From NCBI GenBank assembly GCA_016782445.1, contig JADHYM010000003.1, positions 1 to 53,636 of the forward strand: DNA of 53,636 bases, given 5' to 3'. Below, one piece after another: positions 18,378 through 28,219 of the stretch. The notes beneath the pieces were generated by a model. The model saw only the letters and a program-made list of their open reading frames with translations, was not told the origin of the DNA and did no database searches. The position numbers were made by a program, and so were the translations under genes. How positions within the stretch are numbered: the first letter of the stretch is position 1; the number at the start of each line of letters is the position of its first letter. The DNA comes from Candidatus Omnitrophota bacterium. GTDB lineage: Bacteria; Omnitrophota; Gorgyraeia; JABMRN01; RBG-13-46-9.

Positions 18378-19813
18378 TTATGAAGGCATACGAAACAGTA
18401 ATAGGCCTGGAGGTTCACGCGCAGCTTGCTACGGAGAGCAAGGTGTTCTGCGGGTGCTCAACGAAATTCGCCCAGGCGCCGAACGCCTCGACTTGCCCGG
18501 TTTGCCTGGGGCTACCGGGGGCGCTGCCCGTTCTGAATAAAAAGGCTTTCTCGCTTGCCGTAAAGACGGCGCTCGCGCTTGACTGCAAAATCGAAACCCT
18601 TATAAAATTCGACAGGAAAAATTATTACTATCCTGACCTTCCGAAAAATTACCAGATATCGCAGTATGACCGGCCGCTTGGCCGGGACGGGTTCTCCGAG
18701 GTTTTTATAAAAGGCGAGAAAAAAAGGATAGGCATAAAACGCGTGCACCTTGAAGAGGACGCGGGAAAGCTCGTGCACTCCCCCGGTAAAGATACAAGTT
18801 TAGTTGACTTCAACAGGACCGGATGCCCGCTCCTTGAGATTGTTTCGGAGCCTGACATGCGCGAGCCTCTGGAAGCGTATGAATATCTGGTTGCCATAAA
18901 AGCTATTCTTAGGTATCTTGGAGTTTCGGACTGCAACATGGAGGAGGGAAGTCTCCGGTGCGACGCAAACATATCCGTGCGTCAAAAGGGCGAGAAAAGA
19001 CTCGGCGTGAAGGCTGAAGTAAAGAATATGAATTCTTTCAAAGCCGTCAAGGAGGCGCTTGTATACGAGTCAAAACGCCACAGAGAGGCACTCGAAAACG
19101 GGGATAGGATTTTGCAGGAAACGCGTCTCTGGAACGCTGATAAGGGCATTACGATTTCTATGAGGTCAAAAGAAGAGGCCGAGGACTACAGGTATTTTCC
19201 AGAACCGGACCTCGTTCCCTTTACCGTAGAAAAAGAAAAAATAGAGGAAATAAAAAAATGTCTTCCGGAGCTTCCGAAGGCAAAAAAAGATCGCATTGCG
19301 CGCGATTATAAACTAAACGAGTACGATGCCGGGCTCCTCGTGCGCGAGGTAGAAATAGCGGACTTTTTTGAAGCTGCCTCGAAATCCTGCGGTAAGCCTA
19401 AACAGGTTGCCAACTGGCTTCTTGGAGACATATCGGCTTTTCTGAACGCCGCTGGTATACCTATCGGAAAAGCCGCTCTGAAGCCGGAACACCTTGCCCA
19501 GCTGGTATCGCTCATAGAGAGTGGGCGGATAAGCGGAAAAATCGCAAAAGAAATATTACCGAATGTCATAAATAAAGGAATTTCACCGGCTGAGATCGTA
19601 AAAAATGAAAATCTTTCGCAAATACAGGACGGGAAAAAACTTTCCGTAGTCATAGAAAAGGTTATCGCCGAGAACGAAAAATCCGTAAAAGATTACAAGG
19701 GTGGAAAGGAAGAGGCTATCAGGTTTCTCGTAGGACAGGCCATGAAGGCCACAGGGGGTAAGGCCAATCCGCAAAAGGTGAACGAACTTTTAAAAGAAAA
19801 ACTAAAGGGATAA
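18374..19813 (+). CDS. gatB: Glu/Asp-tRNA amidotransferase subunit B
   Basis: [25 protein letters not shown] and a GatB/YqeY C-terminal domain. Confidence 0.9.
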   Translation: MIMKAYETVIGLEVHAQLATESKVFCGCSTKFAQAPNASTCPVCLGLPGALPVLNKKAFSLAVKTALALDCKIETLIKFDRKNYYYPDLPKNYQISQYDRPLGRDGFSEVFIKGEKKRIGIKRVHLEEDAGKLVHSPGKDTSLVDFNRTGCPLLEIVSEPDMREPLEAYEYLVAIKAILRYLGVSDCNMEEGSLRCDANISVRQKGEKRLGVKAEVKNMNSFKAVKEALVYESKRHREALENGDRILQETRLWNADKGITISMRSKEEAEDYRYFPEPDLVPFTVEKEKIEEIKKCLPELPKAKKDRIARDYKLNEYDAGLLVREVEIADFFEAASKSCGKPKQVANWLLGDISAFLNAAGIPIGKAALKPEHLAQLVSLIESGRISGKIAKEILPNVINKGISPAEIVKNENLSQIQDGKKLSVVIEKVIAENEKSVKDYKGGKEEAIRFLVGQAMKATGGKANPQKVNELLKEKLKG

Positions 19814-19819
19814 AATGCG

Positions 19820-21073
19820 ATGAGAAAAAAAACACGATTCTTTTTTAAAATAACCATTCTCGCGTTTATTATAGGCGTACTTTTCGCAGGGGCCCGGGCT
19901 TTTGCTGCTGAGGATAGCCGGAACGAGCTCTACAAGAATATTGAGTTATTCTCAGAGGCGATCACCAGCATCCAGTCGGACTACGTAAAAGATGTGGACT
20001 CCAAGGACCTTATTTATGGTGCGCTGGGCGGTATGCTGTCGTCTCTGGACGGGTATAGCCAGTTTCTGACCCCTGAAGATTTCAAGGAAATGCAGATTGA
20101 TACAAAGGGCGAATTCGGCGGCCTTGGAATAGAGATAGGCATGCGGGACGGCGTCTTGACGGTAATATCGCCGATAGACGGAACGCCCGCGGACGCAGCT
20201 GGCCTTAAATCCGGAGACCGTGTAGTGAAAATCGAGGGGGAGCTTACAAGAGGCATATCGCTATCCGAGGCGGTCAAAAAATTGCGCGGTGAAGCCAATA
20301 CAAGCGTTACGCTTAGCGTGTGGCGCGAAAGCGAAGGAAAAATAATAGACTTTAACATTACGCGTGGCGTGATAAAAATAAAAAGCATAAAAGTGGCACG
20401 CATCATAGAAGATACAATCGCTTACATAAAACTCGTGGAATTTCAGGAATCGACTCCTAAGGAACTTGAGAAGGAACTTGTAACGCTCGAAAAAAACGGG
20501 ATGCGGGGACTGGTGCTGGATTTAAGAAACAATCCCGGTGGCCTTCTCGACGTGGCATACGAAGTTTCCGATAAGTTTCTGTCAGAGGGCGTGGTGGTGG
20601 TCTCGCTTAAGGGACGGCATCCGAAGCAAAACAAAGTTTACACGGCACGGAGCAAAAGAAGCTTTACAGATTTCCCCATGGCCGTTCTCGTAAATGAGGG
20701 CTCTGCTAGCGCCTCGGAAATTGTAGCGGGTGCCATAAAAGACAACCGGCGCGGAATAATAGTGGGCACCAAAACTTTCGGTAAGGGCTCGGTGCAGACC
20801 GTGACACCGCTTAAGGACGGCTCGGCGATCCGTATAACGACATCCGATTATTATACGCCGGCTAATCATTCTATAAGCGAGGTCGGCATTATTCCGGACG
20901 TAACCGTAGAGAAAGAAAAAGTATTAGAAGCGGTGGATGTTTCCAAGGAAGAGGAGCTCTTTGAGAAAATCGAACCCGATGGCAAGAAGAAAGAAAAAGA
21001 AGTTTACGACAACCAGCTTGATGTTGCTATAGGGATTGTCAAGGGCACGCTTCTGGGTAATGACAAAAACTAG
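19820..21073 (+). CDS. ctpA: Carboxy-terminal processing protease (S41)
   Basis: Signal anchor, PDZ domain (GGLGIEI...SPIDGTPA), and catalytic regions GSASASEI and TFGKGSVQ. Confidence 0.85.
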   Translation: MRKKTRFFFKITILAFIIGVLFAGARAFAAEDSRNELYKNIELFSEAITSIQSDYVKDVDSKDLIYGALGGMLSSLDGYSQFLTPEDFKEMQIDTKGEFGGLGIEIGMRDGVLTVISPIDGTPADAAGLKSGDRVVKIEGELTRGISLSEAVKKLRGEANTSVTLSVWRESEGKIIDFNITRGVIKIKSIKVARIIEDTIAYIKLVEFQESTPKELEKELVTLEKNGMRGLVLDLRNNPGGLLDVAYEVSDKFLSEGVVVVSLKGRHPKQNKVYTARSKRSFTDFPMAVLVNEGSASASEIVAGAIKDNRRGIIVGTKTFGKGSVQTVTPLKDGSAIRITTSDYYTPANHSISEVGIIPDVTVEKEKVLEAVDVSKEEELFEKIEPDGKKKEKEVYDNQLDVAIGIVKGTLLGNDKN

Positions 21074-21108
21074 TTATGCTTGCGTAAAAAGGGATTATAG
21101 GTTATAAT

Positions 21109-22092
21109 ATGTCCGTATGCGTTCTTGGAATAGAAACTTCATGCGATGAGACTGCGGCATCCGTAGTCCAGGGCGGAAGGGTCATCTCGAATATAGTATC
21201 ATCAAGCGTTGCGCTCCACCGTGAGTTTGGAGGGGTTATCCCGGAAGTAGCGTCCAGGTTCCATATAGAGTATTTAAACCGCGTTGTAGAAAAAGCCCTT
21301 AAAAAATCCAAAAAGAGCCTGAAAAAACTTGATGCCATAGCCGTTACACACAAACCCGGGCTTCCGGGTTCGCTTCTAGTCGGCACGTCGTTCGCCAGGG
21401 CTTTGAGCTACGCGCTTGGTATCCCACTCATAAGCGTCGATCATTTAACGGCGCATGTATACGCAAACTTCCTGGATAAAAGAAACGCTGTAAAGTTTCC
21501 GTTTATCGGTGCCGTTGTTTCAGGGGGGCATACCAGCATTTTCGTTTTTAAGTCACTTGCCGAGTATACCCTTATAGGGAGAACCCGCGATGACGCTATC
21601 GGAGAAGCGTTTGACAAGGTGGCAAAGATCCTTAATCTTGGTTATCCCGGAGGCCCGGCGATCGAAAAAATGGCCCGAAAATATAAATTGAATAGCCGAA
21701 AAAAGCCCATCAAATTTCCTATGGCGCTCCTCGGGGACGATAACTACGATTTTAGCCTTAGCGGCATAAAGACAGCGGTGCTTGAGTATGCGCGCAACGG
21801 GCGCTCGGTAAAAAAAGATTTGCCGAGAGTCTCTTGGTCTTTTCAGGAATCGGTATTCGACGTCTTTGCGAAAAAAATCATTGACGCCTGCAAAGAGTTT
21901 GACATGCGGCGAATCGTGCTGGGAGGAGGCGTTGTCTCCAATAAAAGATTGTGCGATAAAATTGCCGTGCATTCAAAGAGGCTAGGGTTTGAGTTTTTTT
22001 ATCCCAAGCCGGCTTTGTGTATAGATAATGCGGCTATGGTAGCCGGATTAGGCGAAGAATTATTACAGGAAAAAGAAGGGAGTATATTATGA
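21109..22092 (+). CDS. tsaD: tRNA N6-adenosine threonylcarbamoyltransferase
   Basis: LGIETSCDETA N-terminus, VSGGHTS, and overall Kae1/TsaD architecture. Confidence 0.9.
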   Translation: MSVCVLGIETSCDETAASVVQGGRVISNIVSSSVALHREFGGVIPEVASRFHIEYLNRVVEKALKKSKKSLKKLDAIAVTHKPGLPGSLLVGTSFARALSYALGIPLISVDHLTAHVYANFLDKRNAVKFPFIGAVVSGGHTSIFVFKSLAEYTLIGRTRDDAIGEAFDKVAKILNLGYPGGPAIEKMARKYKLNSRKKPIKFPMALLGDDNYDFSLSGIKTAVLEYARNGRSVKKDLPRVSWSFQESVFDVFAKKIIDACKEFDMRRIVLGGGVVSNKRLCDKIAVHSKRLGFEFFYPKPALCIDNAAMVAGLGEELLQEKEGSIL

Positions 22093-22622
22093 GGCGCAGA
22101 AGGGAAGAGGAAGTAACGGAAAAGGTTCTTGACGTCGACGCGAGCATGCAGGGAACGCTTACTTTTCGCGACCCCGTAAATTTAAGGATTAACGGCAAAT
22201 TCGAAGGCAGGCTTGATACGAAGGGAAGCTTGACGATAGGCGAACACGCCGTGGTAAAAGCCGACATAACCGGCGAATACATAACGATAGCCGGCAAGGT
22301 AAACGGTAATATAAAGGCGCAAAAATCCATAAAGCTCATGGCGCCGGCATGCGTTATAGGTGACATGAAGACACCGTCCTTAAGCGTATTAGAGGGGTCT
22401 GTGTTTGAGGGTCATTCAAATATGCTTCCGGAGGAAAAAATATCAAAAAGCGCGATTGAAGGACTGACCATAGATGAAGTCGCGAAGTACCTCGAGGTCG
22501 ACAAGAACATGGTGAACGAGTGGGCGAGCGCGGGCAAGCTTCCGGCGAAGCGTGAGGGTTCGGCATGGCGGTTTGACCGGACGCAAATCGAGGACTGGAT
22601 ATCTAACGAAAAAATAAAATAA
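22089..22622 (+). CDS. Bactofilin domain fused to C-terminal excisionase/MerR-type HTH
   Basis: Residues about 20-110 show the bactofilin beta-helix pattern (GTLTFRDPVNLRINGKFEGRLDTKGSLTIGEHAVVKADITGEYITIAGKVNGNIKA...). The C-terminus LTIDEVAKYLEVDKNMVNEWASAGKLPAKREGSAWRFDRTQIEDWI is HTH_17-like. Confidence 0.7.
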   Translation: MRRRREEEVTEKVLDVDASMQGTLTFRDPVNLRINGKFEGRLDTKGSLTIGEHAVVKADITGEYITIAGKVNGNIKAQKSIKLMAPACVIGDMKTPSLSVLEGSVFEGHSNMLPEEKISKSAIEGLTIDEVAKYLEVDKNMVNEWASAGKLPAKREGSAWRFDRTQIEDWISNEKIK

Positions 22623-22625
22623 AAA

Positions 22626-22979
22626 ATGCCAGAAAAACTTCTAACAACTGAAGAGGCGGCCTCCTACCTCGACATTGCCGAGGAAGAAGTTGTGAAGCTT
22701 TCACAAAAGGGAGAGCTCCCCGCTTATAAAATAGGGGGCGCGTTCTTGAGGTTCAGGCGGGAACAGCTCGACGCGATAAGAAAGGAAATTTTACCGCGAA
22801 AAGCGGACGCTATTCACCGGGAGGCCGCCCCTAAGAAGCTCTCAGCCTTTTATCACGCGGAAGAACCGGCTCAAGAGTCACTTAGAGACGCGCTGGCCGA
22901 TTTTTTTTATTTTAAAGATTTTTATATCATATCCGCAGCCATAGTAGTTGTCCTCCTTTTTGTGATATTTAAATATTAA
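22626..22979 (+). CDS. Excisionase/MerR-type HTH protein with C-terminal transmembrane tail
   Basis: N-terminus LTTEEAASYLDIAEEEVVKLSQKGELPAYKIGGAFLRFRREQLDAI is paralogous to the HTH of the upstream gene. The C-terminus FYIISAAIVVVLLFVIFKY is a hydrophobic tail anchor. Confidence 0.6.
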   Translation: MPEKLLTTEEAASYLDIAEEEVVKLSQKGELPAYKIGGAFLRFRREQLDAIRKEILPRKADAIHREAAPKKLSAFYHAEEPAQESLRDALADFFYFKDFYIISAAIVVVLLFVIFKY

Positions 22980-22985
22980 AATTTT

Positions 22986-23723
22986 ATGGAGCGAATTGCC
23001 GGGCTTCTCGGCGCTTTGAGAAAAAAAAGGGTTTCGGCCCGCTACGTTTTAGATGAACTAAAAAAATTACCGTATCAGGACCTGGGCTTTGCGAAGGTTG
23101 ACACGCACAGGCATTTGAGGCGCGGTTTTCCCGAGGTTGTTTATGCGCGGGGAAAAACAAATGATGAAATAGAAAAAATATCCAAAGGGCTGCTGTCAGA
23201 GAAAAGCCCTCTTGTAATAACCCGTGCGAATAGTAAAACGTTTAACTCGCTTAAAAAAACGATTCCCGGCATTAAGTATAATTCCCGCGCCGGTATAATA
23301 TATAAACGCGTTGCCCCGCACAAGAGGCGCGGACTTGTTGTTATCGTAACGGCCGGTACCTCAGACATAAAAGTAGCTGCGGAAGCCAGGGTCACTCTTG
23401 AAATAATGGGAAATCGTGCTAAACTCATCGAGGATGCGGGAGCAGCGGGGATACACAGGATTTTTAAATTTATCCCGCTTTTAGAAAAAGCGCGCGTGAT
23501 AATTGTCATAGCCGGCATGGAAGGGGCCCTGGCGAGCGTTGTGAGCGGGCTTGTGTCGAAACCGGTCATAGCGGTTCCGACAAGCACTGGATACGGCGCG
23601 AGTTTTAAGGGAATAACGCCGCTTCTTGCCATGCTTTCAGGCTGTTCGCCCGGCGTGAGCGTCGTTAACATCGACAATGGATTTGGGGCCGCATATTTCG
23701 CGTCCCTCATAAATAGGCGATGA
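22986..23723 (+). CDS. larB: Nickel-pincer cofactor biosynthesis protein LarB (PurE-like carboxylase/hydrolase)
   Basis: PurE-like core VVIVTAGTSD...VIAGMEGALASVVSGLV...VPTSTGYG, with a LarB-type N-terminal extension. Confidence 0.8.
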   Translation: MERIAGLLGALRKKRVSARYVLDELKKLPYQDLGFAKVDTHRHLRRGFPEVVYARGKTNDEIEKISKGLLSEKSPLVITRANSKTFNSLKKTIPGIKYNSRAGIIYKRVAPHKRRGLVVIVTAGTSDIKVAAEARVTLEIMGNRAKLIEDAGAAGIHRIFKFIPLLEKARVIIVIAGMEGALASVVSGLVSKPVIAVPTSTGYGASFKGITPLLAMLSGCSPGVSVVNIDNGFGAAYFASLINRR

Positions 23724-24166
23724 AGGAAAAAGACAGCATTGTAGTTATAGAAACGGTTATAGATGATTTAACGCCCATGGCGCTCGGGTATCTTTTGGAG
23801 AGGGTGCTCGAAGCCGGTGCGAAGGATTCTTACATAGTCCCATGCACGATGAAAAAATCCAGGCCCGGCCACGTCGTGACGGTGCTTGTCGATAAGAAGC
23901 ATTTTAACCGTGTGGCCGACGTTATATTCGAGGAATCCACGACGACCGGGATAAGGTTTTACAGAGCCGAGCGTATGAAGCTTAAGCATGTTAATAGAAT
24001 CGTTAAGACCAAATATGGAAGCATTTCGGTCAAGTTTAACTCGAAATCGCGTGCAATGCCGGAATTCGAATCCTGTAAGAAAGTGGCAAAAAAGAAAAAA
24101 ATACCCTTCGTAAATGTATATGAAGAAGCGAAAAGGAGAGGCGTGCATGAGGCCCTTAAGAATTAG
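23720..24166 (+). CDS. LarC C-terminal-domain-only protein (DUF111 fragment, LarC2-like)
   Basis: 148 aa resembling the C-terminal part of LarC/DUF111 (DDLTPMALGYLLERVLEAGA...KKSRPGHVVTVL...TTTGIRFY). It is coupled to larB. No LarC N-terminal half is present in the window. Confidence 0.55.
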   Translation: MKEKDSIVVIETVIDDLTPMALGYLLERVLEAGAKDSYIVPCTMKKSRPGHVVTVLVDKKHFNRVADVIFEESTTTGIRFYRAERMKLKHVNRIVKTKYGSISVKFNSKSRAMPEFESCKKVAKKKKIPFVNVYEEAKRRGVHEALKN

Positions 24167-25097
24167 CCTGTTTTTTATTTTAGTGATTTCTTTTTTTTCG
24201 TGCGGCAACGCGGTGCATGCTGATTCGATCACGCTTTCTGACGGGAAAGAAGTGAAGGGCATAGTCGTTGAAGAGTATGGCGACAGGGTTATAATGTCGA
24301 CGTACGAAGGTGAGAAGACGATTTTCAAAAAAAATATACGCGGAATAAACTTTGATCTGCCCGAGCAGAACCTGTCGAAGCTTGGAGACAACGCGATGGC
24401 AAAACGGGAATACAAAAAAGCCTATTTTTATTATTCAAAAGCCAATAAAGCAAACCCGGATTACGCCTATGCAAGTGACAAGATGAACTATATCGTTGGG
24501 TACCTTTTCCGCAAGGAGGGGGAGGGAAAGCTTAAAGACGTACAAAGGATGCAGGAGGTGGAGGACTGGCCCAAAAGAAGTGAAGAAACCTCATCGGAGA
24601 AAGAATTGGAAGAGCGTTTTGGAATGCGGGTCAAGGAAAAAAAAGGTGCTATATTCATCGCGAAAGTCATAAAAAATTCCCCGGCATATTCAGCGGATCT
24701 GCGCGAGGGGGATAAGCTTATTTCGGTATGGGGGCGTCTTACGGGATATATGTCGCCTGACGAGATTTGCAGGCTTTTGCTCGAGGAGTCCCCGGGCGAG
24801 ATAAAATTTAATTTTGAACGAGTGATAATTTTGCATAAGGCCAAGTTGCCGCAGGATTACTCGTCCGTAATCGACGGCTCATTCGATATGCTGTTTGACG
24901 GTCTTACCGTTACGGAGTTAAGCGAAAAAGGCTCCGGATATAAAGCGGGCTTAAGGAAGAACGACCTTATCGTATCAATAGACGGAGTGTCAACCCGCTA
25001 CATGCCTATCGGGGAAGCAGTAAAAAAAATAGAAGACACTGATTATGACCGGGTGCGTTTTGTTGTCATGAGAAGCGCCACTATGTGGAGGGAGTAA
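24147..25097 (+). CDS. Exported TPR + tandem PDZ domain protein
   Basis: Signal peptide MRPLRISLFFILVISFFSCGNAVHA, a TPR-like segment AMAKREYKKAYFYYSKANKANPDY, and two PDZ-like segments (GAIFIAKVIKNSPAY...GDKLISV and LTVTELSEKGSGYKAGLRKNDLIVSIDG). Start chosen at the internal ATG 24147. Confidence 0.6.
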   Translation: MRPLRISLFFILVISFFSCGNAVHADSITLSDGKEVKGIVVEEYGDRVIMSTYEGEKTIFKKNIRGINFDLPEQNLSKLGDNAMAKREYKKAYFYYSKANKANPDYAYASDKMNYIVGYLFRKEGEGKLKDVQRMQEVEDWPKRSEETSSEKELEERFGMRVKEKKGAIFIAKVIKNSPAYSADLREGDKLISVWGRLTGYMSPDEICRLLLEESPGEIKFNFERVIILHKAKLPQDYSSVIDGSFDMLFDGLTVTELSEKGSGYKAGLRKNDLIVSIDGVSTRYMPIGEAVKKIEDTDYDRVRFVVMRSATMWRE

Positions 25098-25101
25098 AAA
25101 C

Positions 25102-25530
25102 ATGCAAAAAACAAAGTACCGAAGAAGCCAGTATATTGTCCGGAAAGGATTTCAGCTTAAATATATCGGCCTTATTCTTGGGATTGTTCTTATAAGCAGT
25201 TTTATCGTAGGGTACACAATTTACTACAATTCATGGGTCTTGCTGGGAGATAGTCTCGCAAAGGTCTATCCACAGGGCCGGCTCGCGGCGATTTTTCATT
25301 CGGTAAACATTAAACTCGTTGTCAACATCTTCTTTGTGACGATACTTTGCGTAGGAATAGGCATCGTAACATCTCACAAAATAGCAGGCCCGATTTATCG
25401 GATAAAAGCGTTTGTCAATGGACTGACAAATGGGGATTGCGCCCAGCGCCTGCATCTGAGAAAAGGCGATGACCTTCAGGATTTAGCGGATGCGTTGAAT
25501 AAATTAGCAGAGAAACTGGAGAAAAAATAG
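25102..25530 (+). CDS. Small two-TM membrane protein with HAMP-like domain, no output domain
   Basis: Two hydrophobic helices followed by AGPIYRIKAFVNGLTNGDCAQRLHLRKGDDLQDLADALNKLAEKLE, which is HAMP-like. Confidence 0.5.
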   Translation: MQKTKYRRSQYIVRKGFQLKYIGLILGIVLISSFIVGYTIYYNSWVLLGDSLAKVYPQGRLAAIFHSVNIKLVVNIFFVTILCVGIGIVTSHKIAGPIYRIKAFVNGLTNGDCAQRLHLRKGDDLQDLADALNKLAEKLEKK

Positions 25531-25546
25531 GCCCTACCGTAAACTC

Positions 25547-28219
25547 ATGCCGGAATACTCACGCAAAAAAGCATTTTTTATTGATGGGAATTCGTTCTGT
25601 TACAGGGCTTTTTACGCAATAAGGCACCTTTCGAATTCCAAGGGGCAGCCCACAAATGCCATATACGGATTTGTTACCATGATAAAAAAAATAATCTCCA
25701 AGGAAAAGCCGGATTTTCTCGCGGTCGCGTTTGACCTGAAGGCGCCTACGTTCCGGCACAAGAAATACGAAAAGTACAAGATTACGCGCAAGCCCATGCC
25801 GGATGAGCTGATAAGCCAGATGCCGTATATAAAAAGCGTTTTAAAGGCCTATAATATACCCATCTATGAATTGGCCGGTTACGAAGCGGACGACATACTC
25901 GCTACGCTTGCCAAAAAAAGTGAGGAAAATGGACTTGAAACATTTATTGCGACCTCTGATAAGGATGCTCTTCAGCTTATTACGCCGCACGTGAAGGTTT
26001 ACAACCCGCAGAAAGAGGGCGCCATATGCGGAGAAAATGAGGTGAAAGCGCGCTTCGGCTTCGGCCCCGAACGGATTACTGATTTTATGGCGCTTATGGG
26101 AGACACATCCGATAATATCCCGGGGGTCCCCGGCATCGGCGAGAAAACGGCCATTGAGCTCATGAGGAAATTCAAAAGCCTCGACGAACTTTTGAAGAAC
26201 TCGAAAAACATAGAAAATGAGTCGAGGCGCAGGAAGATCGAGGAATCCGTAGAGCTTGCGCTTCTCTCAAAGGAGTTGGTAACGCTAAAAAAAGATGTCC
26301 CGCTCGAGATTAAGATGGAAGACCTTTGCCTTAAAGCGGCCAACGAAAAAGAGCTTCTAGCCCTTTTTCGCGAGCTTGAATTAAGGTCATTTATTAAGGA
26401 CGTGGCGTCGAAGAAAGACCCGTGTGGAAAATATTATTTAGCGGATACTGCGGCCGCTTTTAATAAGCTTGCAGGCGAATTAGAAAAGGCAAAAGCCTTC
26501 GCATTTGATTTTGAAACAACGCATTATGATCCGATGATAGCAAGCGCCGTAGGCGTGTCTTTTGCCTGGAAGGAAAATGAGGCGCACTACGTGCCTTTTA
26601 ACGCGCTCTCCGGGATAGGCCGAGAAGATGTTTTAAGGCGCCTTAAGAGCGTTTTTGAAAAGAGCTCGATAAAGAAAATAGGCCAGAATATAAAATACGA
26701 TATGCTCATACTGAGAAATCTCGGGATCGAGGTTTGCGGGATCGGGTTTGACACCATGGTGGCAGCGTATCTTCTAAATCCGTCGAAGTCGAACCACAAC
26801 CTGAATGAGATATCGATCGAATACCTCGACAGGTCGATTACGCCCATAGAAGAGCTGATAGGAAAAGGAAAACATGCTATAACCATGAACGAAGTCGAGG
26901 TAAGTAAGGTGCGCGACTACTGCTGCGAGGACAGCTGCGTTACGTTCAAATTGCGCGGAATACTGGAAAAGAAACTGGCCGAAAAGGACCTGGATAGTCT
27001 CTTTTACGAAGTTGAGGTCCCCTTGATAGACGTCCTTTCTGATATGGAATTTTCAGGCATCGCGATCGACGAAAAATACCTGGAAACACTTTCGAAGGAG
27101 ATGGAAAAAGACATAGCGAAACTCGAAAAATGCATCTATACCCTCGCAGGGGAAGAATTTAACGTCAATTCGTCAAAGCAGTTACAGGTTATTTTATTTC
27201 AAAAAATGAAGCTCCCCGTAATAAAAAAAACAAAAACAGGAGCCTCAACCGACGAAGAGGTTCTGCGTGCGCTTTCTGAAAAGGATAAATTGCCGGCCGA
27301 GATCCTTAAATACAGAGCTCTGGCAAAATTGAAGTCAACCTATGTTGACAGCCTTCCCGGCCTGGTAAACCCGAAAACAGGCAGGATTCATACCTCGTTC
27401 AACCAGACGGTAACGGCTACGGGTAGACTTTCGTCAAGTAATCCGAACCTTCAAAATATTCCTATAAAGACGGAGCTCGGAAGAAAGATCCGGAAAGCAT
27501 TTATAGCGCCAAAAAAGTCCCGGATAATACTTGCTGCGGACTATTCGCAGATCGAACTTAGATTGCTTGCGCATTTTTCGGGCGATAAAGTTCTTATTGA
27601 CGCTTTTAAAGAAGAAAGAGATGTTCATGCGTTTACAGCATCCCTCATTTACGGCGTCAGTGAAAAGGAAGTAACAAAAGAAATGCGTCAGGCGGCAAAG
27701 ACTGTTAACTTCGGCATTGTTTACGGGATGAGCCCTTATGGCCTTTCAAAGGACCTGGGCATTGATGTTCGAGAGGCTTCAAAATTTATAGACGCTTATT
27801 TTGAAAGATATCCCTCGGTAAAAGGCTACCTGGAGAGCAAAGTGGACCAAGCGCGAAGGGATGGATATGTTACAACGATTCTCGGGCGGAGGCGCTATAT
27901 ACCGGAGATCAAAAGTCCGAACGTGGCCATGCGAAATTTTGCGGAGCGCACGGCGGTAAACACGCCCCTTCAGGGCTCGGCTGCGGATCTCGTAAAGCTT
28001 GCTATGATATCTATCTATAAAAAAATAAAGGGTACGGAAGCAAAAATGATTTTGCAGGTGCACGATGAGCTTGTTTTTGAGGTGGAAAAGAAGTCGCTTG
28101 AAAAATTCGCTAAAATCGTTAAAAGCGATATGGAAGGCGTCGTGAAGCTTGAGGTTCCCCTGGAGGCGCATATCGAATACGGCCCAAACTGGCTTGAGAT
28201 GGAGCGACTCGAAATATGA
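25547..28219 (+). CDS. polA: DNA polymerase I
   Basis: 5' nuclease (DGNSFCYRAFYA), 3'-5' exo-like region (FDFETT), and pol motifs A (LAADYSQIELR), B (RQAAKTVNFGIVYG) and C (QVHDELVFE). Confidence 0.95.
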   Translation: MPEYSRKKAFFIDGNSFCYRAFYAIRHLSNSKGQPTNAIYGFVTMIKKIISKEKPDFLAVAFDLKAPTFRHKKYEKYKITRKPMPDELISQMPYIKSVLKAYNIPIYELAGYEADDILATLAKKSEENGLETFIATSDKDALQLITPHVKVYNPQKEGAICGENEVKARFGFGPERITDFMALMGDTSDNIPGVPGIGEKTAIELMRKFKSLDELLKNSKNIENESRRRKIEESVELALLSKELVTLKKDVPLEIKMEDLCLKAANEKELLALFRELELRSFIKDVASKKDPCGKYYLADTAAAFNKLAGELEKAKAFAFDFETTHYDPMIASAVGVSFAWKENEAHYVPFNALSGIGREDVLRRLKSVFEKSSIKKIGQNIKYDMLILRNLGIEVCGIGFDTMVAAYLLNPSKSNHNLNEISIEYLDRSITPIEELIGKGKHAITMNEVEVSKVRDYCCEDSCVTFKLRGILEKKLAEKDLDSLFYEVEVPLIDVLSDMEFSGIAIDEKYLETLSKEMEKDIAKLEKCIYTLAGEEFNVNSSKQLQVILFQKMKLPVIKKTKTGASTDEEVLRALSEKDKLPAEILKYRALAKLKSTYVDSLPGLVNPKTGRIHTSFNQTVTATGRLSSSNPNLQNIPIKTELGRKIRKAFIAPKKSRIILAADYSQIELRLLAHFSGDKVLIDAFKEERDVHAFTASLIYGVSEKEVTKEMRQAAKTVNFGIVYGMSPYGLSKDLGIDVREASKFIDAYFERYPSVKGYLESKVDQARRDGYVTTILGRRRYIPEIKSPNVAMRNFAERTAVNTPLQGSAADLVKLAMISIYKKIKGTEAKMILQVHDELVFEVEKKSLEKFAKIVKSDMEGVVKLEVPLEAHIEYGPNWLEMERLEI

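Noticed and set aside
21074-21111. TATAAT hexamer directly abutting the tsaD ATG
   Set aside because: A -10 box touching the start codon cannot produce an mRNA containing that ATG. No convincing -35 exists for alternative hexamers. tsaD is more likely co-transcribed with ctpA.
23141-24415. Minus-strand ORFs of 189 aa and 215 aa opposite larB, the LarC fragment and the PDZ gene
   Set aside because: They are antisense shadows of well-supported + strand genes, with no RBS and no recognisable motifs.
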